A DNA stretch of 64,000 nucleotides, taken from positions 1,486,692 to 1,550,691 of the forward strand of contig OZ251460.1 in NCBI GenBank assembly GCA_965242585.1. The letters are read 5' to 3'. Both the position numbers and the translations under genes were made by a program. The notes beneath the pieces were generated by a model, which was given only the letters and a program-made list of their open reading frames with translations, was not told the origin of the DNA and searched no databases. Positions 28,093 through 37,553 of the stretch are shown here, piece after piece (position 1 is the stretch's first letter; each line of letters starts with the position of its first letter). This DNA is from Limisphaerales bacterium (GTDB lineage Bacteria; Verrucomicrobiota; Verrucomicrobiia; Limisphaerales; AAA164-E04).

Positions 28093-29181
28093 ATGAAAGC
28101 GCGGTCATTAGGCACAACGGTTGTGGGGAGTTATTCATTTCCATCTTGGTTGGAATATGCGCGTCGGCATCTGGAAGATTTTGGAAGCGCGGAGCGGGAG
28201 GAAATGATTGAGGACGCGGTGTTGACCGCCATTCACGATCAAGTCTCGGCGGGGTTGGACGTGATTACCGATGGAGAACAAACGCGGCTGGATTTCAATT
28301 TGTCCTTTTACGGATTTTTGGAGGGGATTGACTTGGAGAGCGATCCGCCTCGCCTTTATGGACCGCCGGCGCACGATCAGCGAGGCAAGCACCGAATCAT
28401 AGGCGAGTTGACGGCGCCGAAAGGTTTGGGAACGGTTAAGGATTTCGAGCGCTTGAAGAAACTTGCGCACGACTACCTTGCAAATGGCGCGGCGAATGGG
28501 AAAGATTGTTCCTCCTTTCCCTCTCCCAAGCTCAAGGCTAGCGTGCCGGGACCCTACACACTTAGCGGACGCTTAGTCCCAAACGATCGCTATCCGAATC
28601 GCTACGCAGTGACAGAGGCTTTATTGCCCATTGTTCGAATGGAGTTGGAGAACTTAGTCGACGCCGGATGCATGGAAATGGCCATAGACGAGCCGTCAAT
28701 GAGTTGTTACGCCCATCGCGAAGACCCCGAACGATTTGTCGATATTTTCAATCGAACAGTCGAGACCGTCGCCGACAAGTGCCGCTTGTCAACACACCTT
28801 TGCTTCGGCAACTTCAAAGGCCACGCAGTGGGTCTGCGCCGCTACTCGCCTATGTTCCCCGCCTTTCAAAAACTGAAAGTCAGCGAGATACATGTCGAGA
28901 TGGCTAGTCGGGAGTTTGCCGAATTACCAATCATTGCCACCATTGCCGAAACAGCCTGTGTTGCCGTCGGCATCGTCGATGTCAAAAGCTACTATATTGA
29001 AACAGCGGAAGACATTACCCAGCGGGTAAGAAAATGCCTGAAACACGCGCCAGCGGAACGGCTTTCCTTCGCGCCGGATTGCGGACTCAGTCAAACTGCA
29101 CGATGGGCGGCAAAACAGAAACTGCAGAACCTAGTAAACGGAGTGCGAAAAGCGCGAAAGAAACTCGGCATACCATCGTAA
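28093..29181 (+). CDS. Cobalamin-independent methionine-synthase-like protein (MetE C-terminal catalytic domain only)
   Basis: Motifs seen: TTVVGSYSFPSWL, VITDGEQTRLDF, IDEPS. Likely Zn ligands are in STHLCFGNF and FAPDCGLSQ. The ORF opens at 28024; Met at 28093 fits the family N-terminus. Confidence 0.8.
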   Translation: MKARSLGTTVVGSYSFPSWLEYARRHLEDFGSAEREEMIEDAVLTAIHDQVSAGLDVITDGEQTRLDFNLSFYGFLEGIDLESDPPRLYGPPAHDQRGKHRIIGELTAPKGLGTVKDFERLKKLAHDYLANGAANGKDCSSFPSPKLKASVPGPYTLSGRLVPNDRYPNRYAVTEALLPIVRMELENLVDAGCMEMAIDEPSMSCYAHREDPERFVDIFNRTVETVADKCRLSTHLCFGNFKGHAVGLRRYSPMFPAFQKLKVSEIHVEMASREFAELPIIATIAETACVAVGIVDVKSYYIETAEDITQRVRKCLKHAPAERLSFAPDCGLSQTARWAAKQKLQNLVNGVRKARKKLGIPS

Positions 29182-29189
29182 GATCGGAA

Positions 29190-30068
29190 ATGAGGAAAGA
29201 AGCTAAAAAGATGATCAAAGCTTATCAAAAAGGAAAAGCATTTCTGGCCGACGTGCGCAAAACAATCCAAGACAAGTCTCGATTCCGTTGCTGGTGGTTG
29301 GGGCAAAGCGGTTTTCTCATTCAATGGCAAGGGAAACATCTCCTATTCGACCCCTACCTTTCCGATTCACTCACAAAAAAGTACGCCTCTACAGACAAAC
29401 CTCACGTGCGCATGACAGAGCAGGTCATTGCGCCGGAGCATCTCAATTTCATCCAGGTAGTTATCTCAAGCCACAACCACACAGATCATCTGGACGCAGA
29501 AACCCTAATCCCACTCTTGTCTATCAATCCCAATCTCAAACTGATCATCCCAGAAGCCAACCGGGAACTGGTCGTTGAGCGTCTCGGTCTAGATGCATCT
29601 CAACCTCTCGGACTGGATGCCGGGAGGCAAAAGTTCGTTGCCGGATTTGAATTTCACGGGATTCCCGCGGCGCACGAAACTTGGGACGTCAACAAATTCG
29701 GACAACATCGCTACCTCGGCTATATTGTCCGATTTGATTCCTGGACAGTTTATCATAGCGGAGATACTGTTCTATATAAAGGTATAGAAAATTGGTTGCA
29801 ACATTGGAGAATTGATCTGGCACTTTTGCCCATTAACGGGCGGCTGTCGGAGCGCCGAGTAGCCGGCAACCTTTGGGGACGAGAAGCGGCGCAGTTGGCG
29901 AAAAACATTGGCGCACGGATGGTAATTCCGTGCCATTACGAAATGTTTGAATTCAATACTGCAAGCCCAAATGAATTTTGCAAAAAATGCCGCGAAATTG
30001 GGCAACCGTTCTGTCTATTGAGGGCCGGTGAAAGCTGGACATCGCCGGGGAAAGAACAGGTAAATTAA
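29190..30068 (+). CDS. MBL-fold metallo-hydrolase
   Basis: Motifs seen: WWLGQSGFLIQWQGKHLLFDPYLSD and ISSHNHTDHLD (the HxHxDH motif), then YHSGDT and IPCHYEMF. The start is either ATG 29190 or 29211; earlier Met codons overlap the upstream gene. Confidence 0.8.
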   Translation: MRKEAKKMIKAYQKGKAFLADVRKTIQDKSRFRCWWLGQSGFLIQWQGKHLLFDPYLSDSLTKKYASTDKPHVRMTEQVIAPEHLNFIQVVISSHNHTDHLDAETLIPLLSINPNLKLIIPEANRELVVERLGLDASQPLGLDAGRQKFVAGFEFHGIPAAHETWDVNKFGQHRYLGYIVRFDSWTVYHSGDTVLYKGIENWLQHWRIDLALLPINGRLSERRVAGNLWGREAAQLAKNIGARMVIPCHYEMFEFNTASPNEFCKKCREIGQPFCLLRAGESWTSPGKEQVN

Positions 30069-30190
30069 CATAGTAAAAGCTTTGCGTGCCTCAACCTTCA
30101 AACGCCGCTGCAACAACGCTCACAAACAAAGATAGCCACCGAATAATGTCAAAACAATTTATCCACATGTAAAAAGATTATAGTGGATAC

Positions 30191-30322
30191 ATGATTTTTT
30201 ACTTCCTCGCGGTGTCCGCCTTGCTGCTTAGCGGATGCGGCGACGGTCGACATGACAAGTCTCTTTTGCCAAGTTATATCTACGAGAGACGTTTCCTTGT
30301 TGAAAATTTAGGAATAAATTGA
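30191..30322 (+). CDS. Possible 43-aa lipoprotein
   Basis: MIFYFLAVSALLLSGCGDGRHDK... carries a lipobox (LLSGC). It is below the ORF-track cut-off, and its very short length and absence of an obvious RBS keep confidence low. Confidence 0.3.
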   Translation: MIFYFLAVSALLLSGCGDGRHDKSLLPSYIYERRFLVENLGIN

Positions 30323-30421
30323 ATTGGCAAATACAAATAGGGCGGAGCGCAATTACAAAAAAACCGCCAAGTTGCCTTGGCGGTCGTGGATTGCAAAGCG
30401 CTTTCCTAATGCGGTTTTCGA

Positions 30422-32650
30422 CTATTGTAGTTGGATTACCCGAAAAAACTCGGCGCTATTGGACTGCATTTCTAACGGTTGCTCCAGTATTTCGCCGGTT
30501 CCCGTCAAGGGAGCAAAGCGATTGGTCCAGTCCGCGTCGATGTCGCCGGACTTGACTTGCACTTGGTATTGTTTGCCGGTTTGCGAATGCCACCGGAGCG
30601 TTAGGCGGCCATCGGCGTTGAATCCGATGGAGAGGCTCTCATCTAAGATCTCGAAGGTGAATGTTTCTACTTTGCTGGCGCTTGCTTGGCTTTCGGCGGC
30701 CAAGGTTCCTGACGCTTGCAATCCAACTCGATAAACGCCCGGCGCGGTGAAGCCCCAATTCTGATGGGAATGGCCGGCGGCGGAGAGCGAAAACACATCG
30801 CTTTGGCTAATGCCGTCTTCTGAATTGAAGAACACCGTTGGGTTGCCAAGGGCGTCCACGCTATAAAGCGAAACTGCGCCCGGCCCTTCGACGCTTACCA
30901 AGTTCAACGCAACCGCGTCGTTTTCAAAAACGCCGGCTTCGATTTCATCCGCGGCAATACCGAGAAAGAGGACGCCGGGCATTTCTTCTTGCGGCAAGAC
31001 GTTGACGACGGCGCCAGGTTCGCCGAGAAAACGAAAGGCCTCGTGGTCCGGCACGCGGATTTGGGTTGCCGCCCCGCCTTGAAGGATTAACTCCGACGGG
31101 CAAATCTCTCGCTCGTTGGCTTCATCCAAAGCGGCGATTTCCCATTCGCCATCTTCATAGACGATTTCGAGGTCCAACTCGCCATCGTTGAAAATCGTTG
31201 GCCCAAAGACTTCAAACAGAAAGGTGGTTTCTTCGCTGGAAACCGTTTGTCCGCCCGCATTGAGAACGCCGGAGGCCGTCAATCCAACGCGGTAGATTCC
31301 CGGCGCGGTGAAGCCCCAATTCTGATGGGAATGGCCGCCGGCGGAGAGCGAAAACACATCGCTTTGGCTAATGCCGTCTCCCGAATTGAAAAACACCGTC
31401 GGATTGCCGAAAGTATCGGTTGCGTAGAGAAAGACGGCGCCGGGTCCTTCCACATTCTCCAAGTTCAACGCAACCGCGTCGTTTTCAAAAATGCCGGACT
31501 CGATTTCATCTCCCGCAATGCCGAGGAACAAGACTCCTTCCCGTTCGCTTTGCGGCAAGAGATACACGGTGTCGCCCGGATTTCCCAGAAAGGCAAAGGC
31601 CGGGTCGTTTGGCACTTTCTGCCAAGTGGACGGCCCGGCGTGCAAGGCCGCTTCGTTGGCTTCAAATTTTTGGCCGCTGTGTTCGCCCTCATGGTCGTGT
31701 CCGTCTTCACCCTCATGGTCGTGTCCGTCTTCACCCTCATGGTCGTGTCCGTCTTCGCCCTCATGGTCGTGTCCGTCTTCACCCTCATGGTCGTGTCCGT
31801 CTTCACCCTCATGGTCGTGTCCGTCTTCGCCCTCATGGTCGTGTCCGTCTTCGCCCTCATGGTCGTGTCCGTCTTCACCCTCATGGTCGTGTCCGTCTTC
31901 GCCCTCATGGTCGCTGTGTCTGTCCAGCAGAACCAATTCCAATTCGCTGTCTTCAAAGGCGACTTCCATTTCCACTTCTCCGCGATCCAGAACGTTCACG
32001 GCGAAGCGATAGAGTTGCTCGTCGCTGGTGATTGGCTCCGAAGCGTCGGCCAAAGTTCCCCGCATTTGGAATCCGACAAAATGCGTTCCCGGCGAGGTAA
32101 AACCCCAGTTTTTGTGAAGATGCCCTCCCCCGGCGCGCAGCTCTATCTGATCCGTTTCATCGATGCCGTCGCGTGAATTCAGTAGGACTTCCACTTGCGC
32201 GGTGCCGGCCCTCCAGGTCACAAAATCTCCCGGCCCCTCTACGCTGCTCAGCAGCAAATCGAAACGATTCTCGGCAAAAATTCCGGACTCAATTTCATCC
32301 GTTGAAATGCCCAGAAACCAAGTGCCCTCTCGGGACACTTGCGGAAGAACCCAAATTGGGTTTCCCGCTTCGCCCAAGAAACTGAAGTTGGCATTGTCGG
32401 GAACGAGAAGTTTGGTGTTTTGATTCAGGGCAACGATCCATTCCTCCGGCGGGTGAATTCCCGGCGGGCTGTCCAAACGCAATCCCAACTGCCATTGGTT
32501 TTCGGCGTAGTCGATGGCTACATCGCCGTGTCCATCGGACCTAACCTCTCGATCTCCCGCCGTGATTGACGTCGCCAGCACGAAAAGCGCCGCCCCAATG
32601 CCGGTCCAAAAGGAGACGCGGCCCTTGTATGTTTGATTGGTCGTTATCAT
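30422..32650 (-). CDS. Secreted three-domain surface protein (H-x-H-x-NWGFT domain x3, resembling the TIGR03769 / choice-of-anchor-M type) with a His/Asp/Glu-rich insert and C-terminal F-F-R tail
   Basis: Three ~190-aa repeats each end in GGHLHKNWGFTSPGTHFVG, GGHSHQNWGFTAPGIYRVG or AGHSHQNWGFTAPGVYRVG. About ten HDHEGEDG units are inserted in domain 2. The tail reads YQVQVKSGDIDADWT...AEFFRVIQLQ. The ORF opens at 32728, but the AT-rich stretch before Met at 32650 (MITTNQTYKGRVSFWTGIGAALFVLATSITA) looks intergenic. Confidence 0.75.
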   Translation of the reverse strand: MITTNQTYKGRVSFWTGIGAALFVLATSITAGDREVRSDGHGDVAIDYAENQWQLGLRLDSPPGIHPPEEWIVALNQNTKLLVPDNANFSFLGEAGNPIWVLPQVSREGTWFLGISTDEIESGIFAENRFDLLLSSVEGPGDFVTWRAGTAQVEVLLNSRDGIDETDQIELRAGGGHLHKNWGFTSPGTHFVGFQMRGTLADASEPITSDEQLYRFAVNVLDRGEVEMEVAFEDSELELVLLDRHSDHEGEDGHDHEGEDGHDHEGEDGHDHEGEDGHDHEGEDGHDHEGEDGHDHEGEDGHDHEGEDGHDHEGEDGHDHEGEHSGQKFEANEAALHAGPSTWQKVPNDPAFAFLGNPGDTVYLLPQSEREGVLFLGIAGDEIESGIFENDAVALNLENVEGPGAVFLYATDTFGNPTVFFNSGDGISQSDVFSLSAGGHSHQNWGFTAPGIYRVGLTASGVLNAGGQTVSSEETTFLFEVFGPTIFNDGELDLEIVYEDGEWEIAALDEANEREICPSELILQGGAATQIRVPDHEAFRFLGEPGAVVNVLPQEEMPGVLFLGIAADEIEAGVFENDAVALNLVSVEGPGAVSLYSVDALGNPTVFFNSEDGISQSDVFSLSAAGHSHQNWGFTAPGVYRVGLQASGTLAAESQASASKVETFTFEILDESLSIGFNADGRLTLRWHSQTGKQYQVQVKSGDIDADWTNRFAPLTGTGEILEQPLEMQSNSAEFFRVIQLQ
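31681..31920 (-). repeat. 24-bp x10 in-frame tandem repeat encoding HDHEGEDG
   Basis: The unit CTTC[A/G]CCCTCATGGTCGTGTCCGT repeats head-to-tail, with CTCATGGTCG recurring every 24 nt from 31688 to 31904. Only the A/G position varies, except in the two degenerate end copies. Confidence 0.95.
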
Positions 32651-32724
32651 CTCTGTTGCTATATTTTGTATTATCGTATTTCTAGTTTTGTCCAAAACGG
32701 CGCTACTTGGCCGTCGGACGAAAT

Positions 32725-33474
32725 TCATTCGGGGGGTTGGGCGATGTTGACGCCCTGTTCAATTTGTCGTTTGACTTCGGCGGCGTCAATGCTTTCCACA
32801 TGGCCGTCGACAAAAAGGTAGTTGGCGCGCCCTTGGCTTCGGTCTTCTTTGGGAGCGCCGGTTCGGTGGCGGTCGGGTTGAATGTCGCCGAGCACACTGT
32901 CCCATCCTCCCGATAGCCAAATCCGAGAATGAGTGTGATCCTCGCCCACGGTCGGAGCGTTGTCATCAGCGGTTTCAAACAGCAAAATGGTTTCGGTCGG
33001 TTGCTTTAACTGGTCCAACTTTGGCAAAGGCTCAATCAGCCGACCAAACGGATCCACGCGCGGCACGGACAAAAATTCATTCAATATGTAACTGGTGCCG
33101 CTCAATTGATGCCGCTTGTTGCGCTTGGGATCGGCGGGGCAAAGTCGAATCTTTTCCGAGTTGCCGACATACGGACGCAGTTGGTAAATCCACATTTTGT
33201 TTGTGATCTGGGTTTCGTGCCCGGTCATCGGCAGCAACCCTTCAAAGTCATCGGCATACATTCGGAAACCCAAGCCAATCTGCCGCAAGTTCGACACGCA
33301 CTTTATCCGTTTGGCTTGAGCGGACGCCTTGCTCAAGGCCGGCAAAAGCAACGAGGCCAAGATCACGATGATCACAATCACCACAAGCAGCTCAATTAAC
33401 GTAAAAGCGCGGACATTTTGGCGGTTCCCCGCCGATCCGGGCACTTCCCGGACGTAGTTCTGACAATTCATCAT
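32725..33474 (-). CDS. Prepilin-type N-terminal cleavage/methylation protein with H-X9-DG C-terminus (DUF1559 pseudopilin-like)
   Basis: The motif [29 protein letters not shown] is the class III signal. The C-terminus [15 protein letters not shown] matches the H-X9-DG motif. The start is assumed at MMNCQ (33474); the ORF opens at 33552. The stop overlaps the long form of the downstream ORF by 4 nt. Confidence 0.85.
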   Translation of the reverse strand: MMNCQNYVREVPGSAGNRQNVRAFTLIELLVVIVIIVILASLLLPALSKASAQAKRIKCVSNLRQIGLGFRMYADDFEGLLPMTGHETQITNKMWIYQLRPYVGNSEKIRLCPADPKRNKRHQLSGTSYILNEFLSVPRVDPFGRLIEPLPKLDQLKQPTETILLFETADDNAPTVGEDHTHSRIWLSGGWDSVLGDIQPDRHRTGAPKEDRSQGRANYLFVDGHVESIDAAEVKRQIEQGVNIAQPPE

Positions 33475-33575
33475 ACTTAGTTTTGGTTCAGTTAGCTTCT
33501 GTTCCCGACGGCATTTGCCAAAACAACGGGAAACTTTTTCCGCCGCCCGCAAAAGGCGCCGGAGACGAAGAATGC

Positions 33576-33971
33576 TTAAACCAAAACCGGAGGCGCACGA
33601 GGAGGGCCGTCGGAGAAACGAACGAGCCCTTCAGAAAGGATGGAACACAGACAAGAAAGATCGACTGGCAACCAATGCTCCAAAACCAGTTCCGCGGCTT
33701 GGATGCCGTGCCAAAAACCAGCCCAAAAACCGGCGTGACAAAAGGTATCCAGTGGAGCATCGCGATCGGGAGGAGGAGACTCTGGCGCGGAATCCCGTTC
33801 TTCAACCGGATGGCAGGCAGAATGATAGGTCAACGAACACTCCACCTCGTCGCCGTGCAACAACCAATGGAAATCGACGCTGCGAGCGCCAAGCGAGAGC
33901 AAAAGGAACAAAACGACCAGACTTCCGCCCGTCCCCCCGACAACGATTCGATTGTTTCGAAACAGTTTCAC
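33576..33971 (-). CDS. Possible small membrane-anchored His/Cys/Trp-rich protein
   Basis: A GTG at 33971 gives [29 protein letters not shown] followed by [11 protein letters not shown]...YHSACHP...[13 protein letters not shown]...EHW. It is on the same strand and directly upstream of the pseudopilin gene. Several other frames are also open here, so the coding call is tentative. Confidence 0.35.
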   Translation of the reverse strand: MKLFRNNRIVVGGTGGSLVVLFLLLSLGARSVDFHWLLHGDEVECSLTYHSACHPVEERDSAPESPPPDRDAPLDTFCHAGFWAGFWHGIQAAELVLEHWLPVDLSCLCSILSEGLVRFSDGPPRAPPVLV

Positions 33972-34079
33972 GTCTCTCTCGTTCCCCAATCCAAAACCAT
34001 CCACCAGCCAATGGCAAGCTTTTTAATCACCTTTTTTTAATAAAAATTTGTCCAGTGCCAAAAAAATCTTTTTATTTTC

Positions 34080-37000
34080 ATGATTGACAGCCAATCCGGA
34101 CTGAAACAGACTCCTCCGCAGATGAAAAGTTTACCTTTCAGCAAAAACAACCAAATGAAGCCCAAAAACCAGTTTTATCGATCCTTCGCTTGGGGACGGC
34201 GCGCCGCCTTCTCCTGCCTCCTCCTTGCCAGTCTTCCTGCCGCCAACGCCGCCACATTCACAGAGCGCAATCCCGCGCAGGACTTTGACGGACTGGAACT
34301 GAGACTCGCGGGAAATACTTCGCCTCAAGGCCTCTGGTCCAACGGCACCACGATGTGGGTGGCAGACGGCGCCGACGGCAAACTCTACGCCTACAAAATG
34401 AGCGACAAAACACGCGATGCCCTCAAAGACTTCAACACTTTGAGCGCCGCCGGAAATAATCTTCCCACCGGCCTGTGGTCTAACGGCACGACAATGTGGG
34501 TGACGGATTGGCAGGATGCTAAGATTTATGCCTACAAGATGAGCGACAAAAGCCGCGATCCCGCCAAAGATTTCGACACTTTGAGCGCCGCCGGAAATAT
34601 TCGCCCCACAGGAATCTGGTCCGACGGCGCCACGATGTGGGTCTCGGACACTGCGGACACAATCTACGCCTACAAAATGAGCGACAAGAGCCGCTCCCCC
34701 ACCAAAGACTTCAACATCCGAAGCCTTATTGGAAATCGATACATCCAAGACATCTGGTCTGACGGAACGACGCTGTGGGCGGCGGATTTTGCGGGGAGCC
34801 GCGGCGACGATAAACTCTACGCATTCGGCCTGCCGAAGCAAAACCGGGACGCCTCCAAAGACTTCAACACGCTGGAAGCCGCCGGAAATCATCAGCCTCG
34901 CGGCCTATGGTCGGACGGAACCACCATGTGGGTTGCAGACGCTAAGGATGACAAAATTTACGCCTACCATTTGTCAACACAAGAACCGTCGCGTTCCGAC
35001 AACAACAGACTGGCGTCTCTCCAACTGAGTGGAGTCGAGTGGCTTCCCGACTTTGACGGCCGCGCCGATTTTTTCAGAGCGGTAACCTTGGACTACGATG
35101 TTGCCCACGTCGGTGTTGTTGCAGTGGCTATTCACGAAGGCGCCTCAGTAGAAATTTCGCCGCCGGACGACGCTCCCAACACCCCCGGACATCATGTGGC
35201 TTTATCCGCCGGCGACAACACAACAATCACCATCACCGTTACCAGCGAAAACGGAAATGTGCGGGTCTATACCCTACTTGTTTCTCGGTCCACTTCGTGG
35301 CACAGAGATCTAGATTTTAATGCGCTGAATGCCGCCGGAAACAGCCAGCCTCGAGGCCTGTGGTCGGACGGAATTCACATGTGGGTGGCCGACGCTTCCG
35401 ACGCCAGAATATACGCCTACAAAACAGCCGACAAAACGCGCAATCCCGCCCAAGACTTCAATACACTAAGCGCCGCCGGAAATACCAGCCCCACGGGAAT
35501 CTGGTCAGACGGGACAACCATGTGGGTAGCGGACTGGCAGGATGACAAGCTTTACGCCTACAACATGTCCGACAAAAGCCACGATCCCGACAAAGACTTT
35601 GATACACTAAGCGCCGCCGGAAATACCAACCCCACGGGAATCTGGTCAGACGGGACAACCATGTGGGTGGCGGACACTGCGGACAGGATTTATGCCTACA
35701 ACATGTCCGACAAAAGCCGGAATCCATCCGAAGACTTTGACACATATAATACCATCGGAAATCGATACATTCAGGGAATCTGGTCGGACGGGACAACTAT
35801 GTGGGCGGCAGACTTTGCCGGCACAAACGGAATCAGCAAGATTTATGCTTTCAATCTGTTGAGCAAAAATCGAGACGTAGCCAAAGAATTCAACATGCTG
35901 TCGCCAGCGGGGAATAATCAACCCCGCGGTCTGTGGTCTGGCGGAGAGACGATGTGGGTAGTAGATTCTTCCTACGACAAGCTTTACGCTTACCACCTTT
36001 CAGACACGGCGGGCTTGAGTTCTTTAGAAGTCAGCAACGCCCAGTTGTCCCCTGCCTTTCACAAATCTAGCGTTGAATATTCGGCGGAAGTTGCCAATGC
36101 GATCACCAACGTTTCAATCACGGCAGTAGCGGACCGTTCGGAAGCCTCCGTTGCCATCTCGCCAACAGACGCCGATCCCAATACCGATGGACATCAAGTG
36201 GCCTTATCCGAAGGCGCGAACACTATTACAATCACTGTAACTCCGTCCAATACTAGAATCTCTGGTCGCACTTACACCTTGACGGTTCGTCGATCACCTT
36301 CCAGCGATAACACCTTAAGAAATTTAACTATGAGCAATGCCACACTCTCTCCTCCTACTTTTCGTAGCAGCACCACCTACTATACGGCTACCGTCGCTCA
36401 CAACGTCACCTCCACCACCATCACGGCCGAGGCCAACCACGCCAATGCCTCCGTTGTCATCTCACCTCAGGATGCGGACACAGAAACTGAAGGACATCAA
36501 GTTGACCTAACAAGAGGTATCAATGGAATTATCATCGCCGTCACCGCCGCAGACGGGAGCATACGGACCTATACTTTGGATGTTCTGGTTGAAGATGGAT
36601 CCTTTGATAACGCATTGAGAAGCCTGACTCTGAATAACGCAACTCTCTCCCCTGCCTTTCACGGCAACACGACCAACTATACGGCGAGCGTTGGGCAGGC
36701 TGGCGCTGTTACTACGGTGACGGCTCGGGCCAACCATTCTATGGCGAAGACGGTGATTTTGCCGGCGGACGTGGATAGGGAAACTGCCGGACATCAGGTC
36801 GCTCTAACCGAAGGCGATAACTCCATCTTTGTTGTCGTCATTGCGCCGAACGGCAACCCCCGTGCCTATACTATTAGAGTACGCCGAACATTTTCCGGGG
36901 ACGCTTCGTTAAAATCTCTGCAATTGAGCGGGGTAACCATGAGTTCCCAATTTAGCACTGGCACCACGAGCTACAGAGGAAACGTCGCACGAACCACTGC

Positions 37001-37553
37001 CTCGACTACGGTAACCGCCCAAACGAGTCATTCTATGGCGCGGACGGTGATTTTGCCGGCGGACGCGGATAGGGAAACTGCCGGACATCAAGTCGCTCTG
37101 ATCGACGGCATTAACCCCATCACTATTGCCGTCATTGCTCCGGACGGAACTTCCCGAATCTACACTGTGTCTGTGACTCGGACGCCGCAATCTGTTTTAG
37201 AAAATGGCTTGATTGGCCGCCTGAGCCTGAACGATCGTGCAGACAGTGCGCGACTTTTACTTCCATCGACATTATCCATAAGGGCAAGAACTTCGGAAAG
37301 CCGTTTGTCAGCGGTGGAGGCTTCTTCAGAGGGGATTCGCTTTGTTTTTCTCGTAGCGGATTCTATCATGAATGATGAGTTCACGGTGGAGGCTCGTTCG
37401 AGTTTGACAACGGGCCAATGGCAAGTTTTACGCGAGGGAGTGGACTGCACAGTGGTGCGAGAAAAAGACGAGAGAAAGATGGCACGGGTGACGGTGATCT
37501 TGCCGAGTGCCGGGGAGGATCAGATGTTTCTTCGCTTGATACCAAAGCATTAG
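34080..37553 (+). CDS. Large secreted repeat protein: 2 x (five 47-aa WSDG-TMWVAD-KIYAY repeats) + 5 cadherin-like beta-sandwich domains + C-terminal F-L-R tail
   Basis: The signal peptide is ...RRAAFSCLLLASLPAANA, with likely start at Met 34122 or 34155. There are ten repeats of the form KDFNTLSAAGNxxPxGLWSDGTTMWVADxxDxKIYAYKMSDKSRDPA. The intervening domains match the cadherin-like beta-sandwich pattern (LSSLEVSNAQLSPAF...Y...V...ITA...ASV.ISP.DAD...GHQVAL.EG.N.I.I.VT...YT..V.R). The tail is IRFVFLVADS...ARVTVILPSAGEDQMFLRLIPKH. Confidence 0.8.
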   Translation: MIDSQSGLKQTPPQMKSLPFSKNNQMKPKNQFYRSFAWGRRAAFSCLLLASLPAANAATFTERNPAQDFDGLELRLAGNTSPQGLWSNGTTMWVADGADGKLYAYKMSDKTRDALKDFNTLSAAGNNLPTGLWSNGTTMWVTDWQDAKIYAYKMSDKSRDPAKDFDTLSAAGNIRPTGIWSDGATMWVSDTADTIYAYKMSDKSRSPTKDFNIRSLIGNRYIQDIWSDGTTLWAADFAGSRGDDKLYAFGLPKQNRDASKDFNTLEAAGNHQPRGLWSDGTTMWVADAKDDKIYAYHLSTQEPSRSDNNRLASLQLSGVEWLPDFDGRADFFRAVTLDYDVAHVGVVAVAIHEGASVEISPPDDAPNTPGHHVALSAGDNTTITITVTSENGNVRVYTLLVSRSTSWHRDLDFNALNAAGNSQPRGLWSDGIHMWVADASDARIYAYKTADKTRNPAQDFNTLSAAGNTSPTGIWSDGTTMWVADWQDDKLYAYNMSDKSHDPDKDFDTLSAAGNTNPTGIWSDGTTMWVADTADRIYAYNMSDKSRNPSEDFDTYNTIGNRYIQGIWSDGTTMWAADFAGTNGISKIYAFNLLSKNRDVAKEFNMLSPAGNNQPRGLWSGGETMWVVDSSYDKLYAYHLSDTAGLSSLEVSNAQLSPAFHKSSVEYSAEVANAITNVSITAVADRSEASVAISPTDADPNTDGHQVALSEGANTITITVTPSNTRISGRTYTLTVRRSPSSDNTLRNLTMSNATLSPPTFRSSTTYYTATVAHNVTSTTITAEANHANASVVISPQDADTETEGHQVDLTRGINGIIIAVTAADGSIRTYTLDVLVEDGSFDNALRSLTLNNATLSPAFHGNTTNYTASVGQAGAVTTVTARANHSMAKTVILPADVDRETAGHQVALTEGDNSIFVVVIAPNGNPRAYTIRVRRTFSGDASLKSLQLSGVTMSSQFSTGTTSYRGNVARTTASTTVTAQTSHSMARTVILPADADRETAGHQVALIDGINPITIAVIAPDGTSRIYTVSVTRTPQSVLENGLIGRLSLNDRADSARLLLPSTLSIRARTSESRLSAVEASSEGIRFVFLVADSIMNDEFTVEARSSLTTGQWQVLREGVDCTVVREKDERKMARVTVILPSAGEDQMFLRLIPKH

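Noticed and set aside
31681-31920. Regular 24-bp direct repeats, considered as a possible CRISPR array
   Set aside because: The repeats are contiguous with no spacers, lie inside a long ORF, stay in frame and encode HDHEGEDG. This is a coding minisatellite, not CRISPR.
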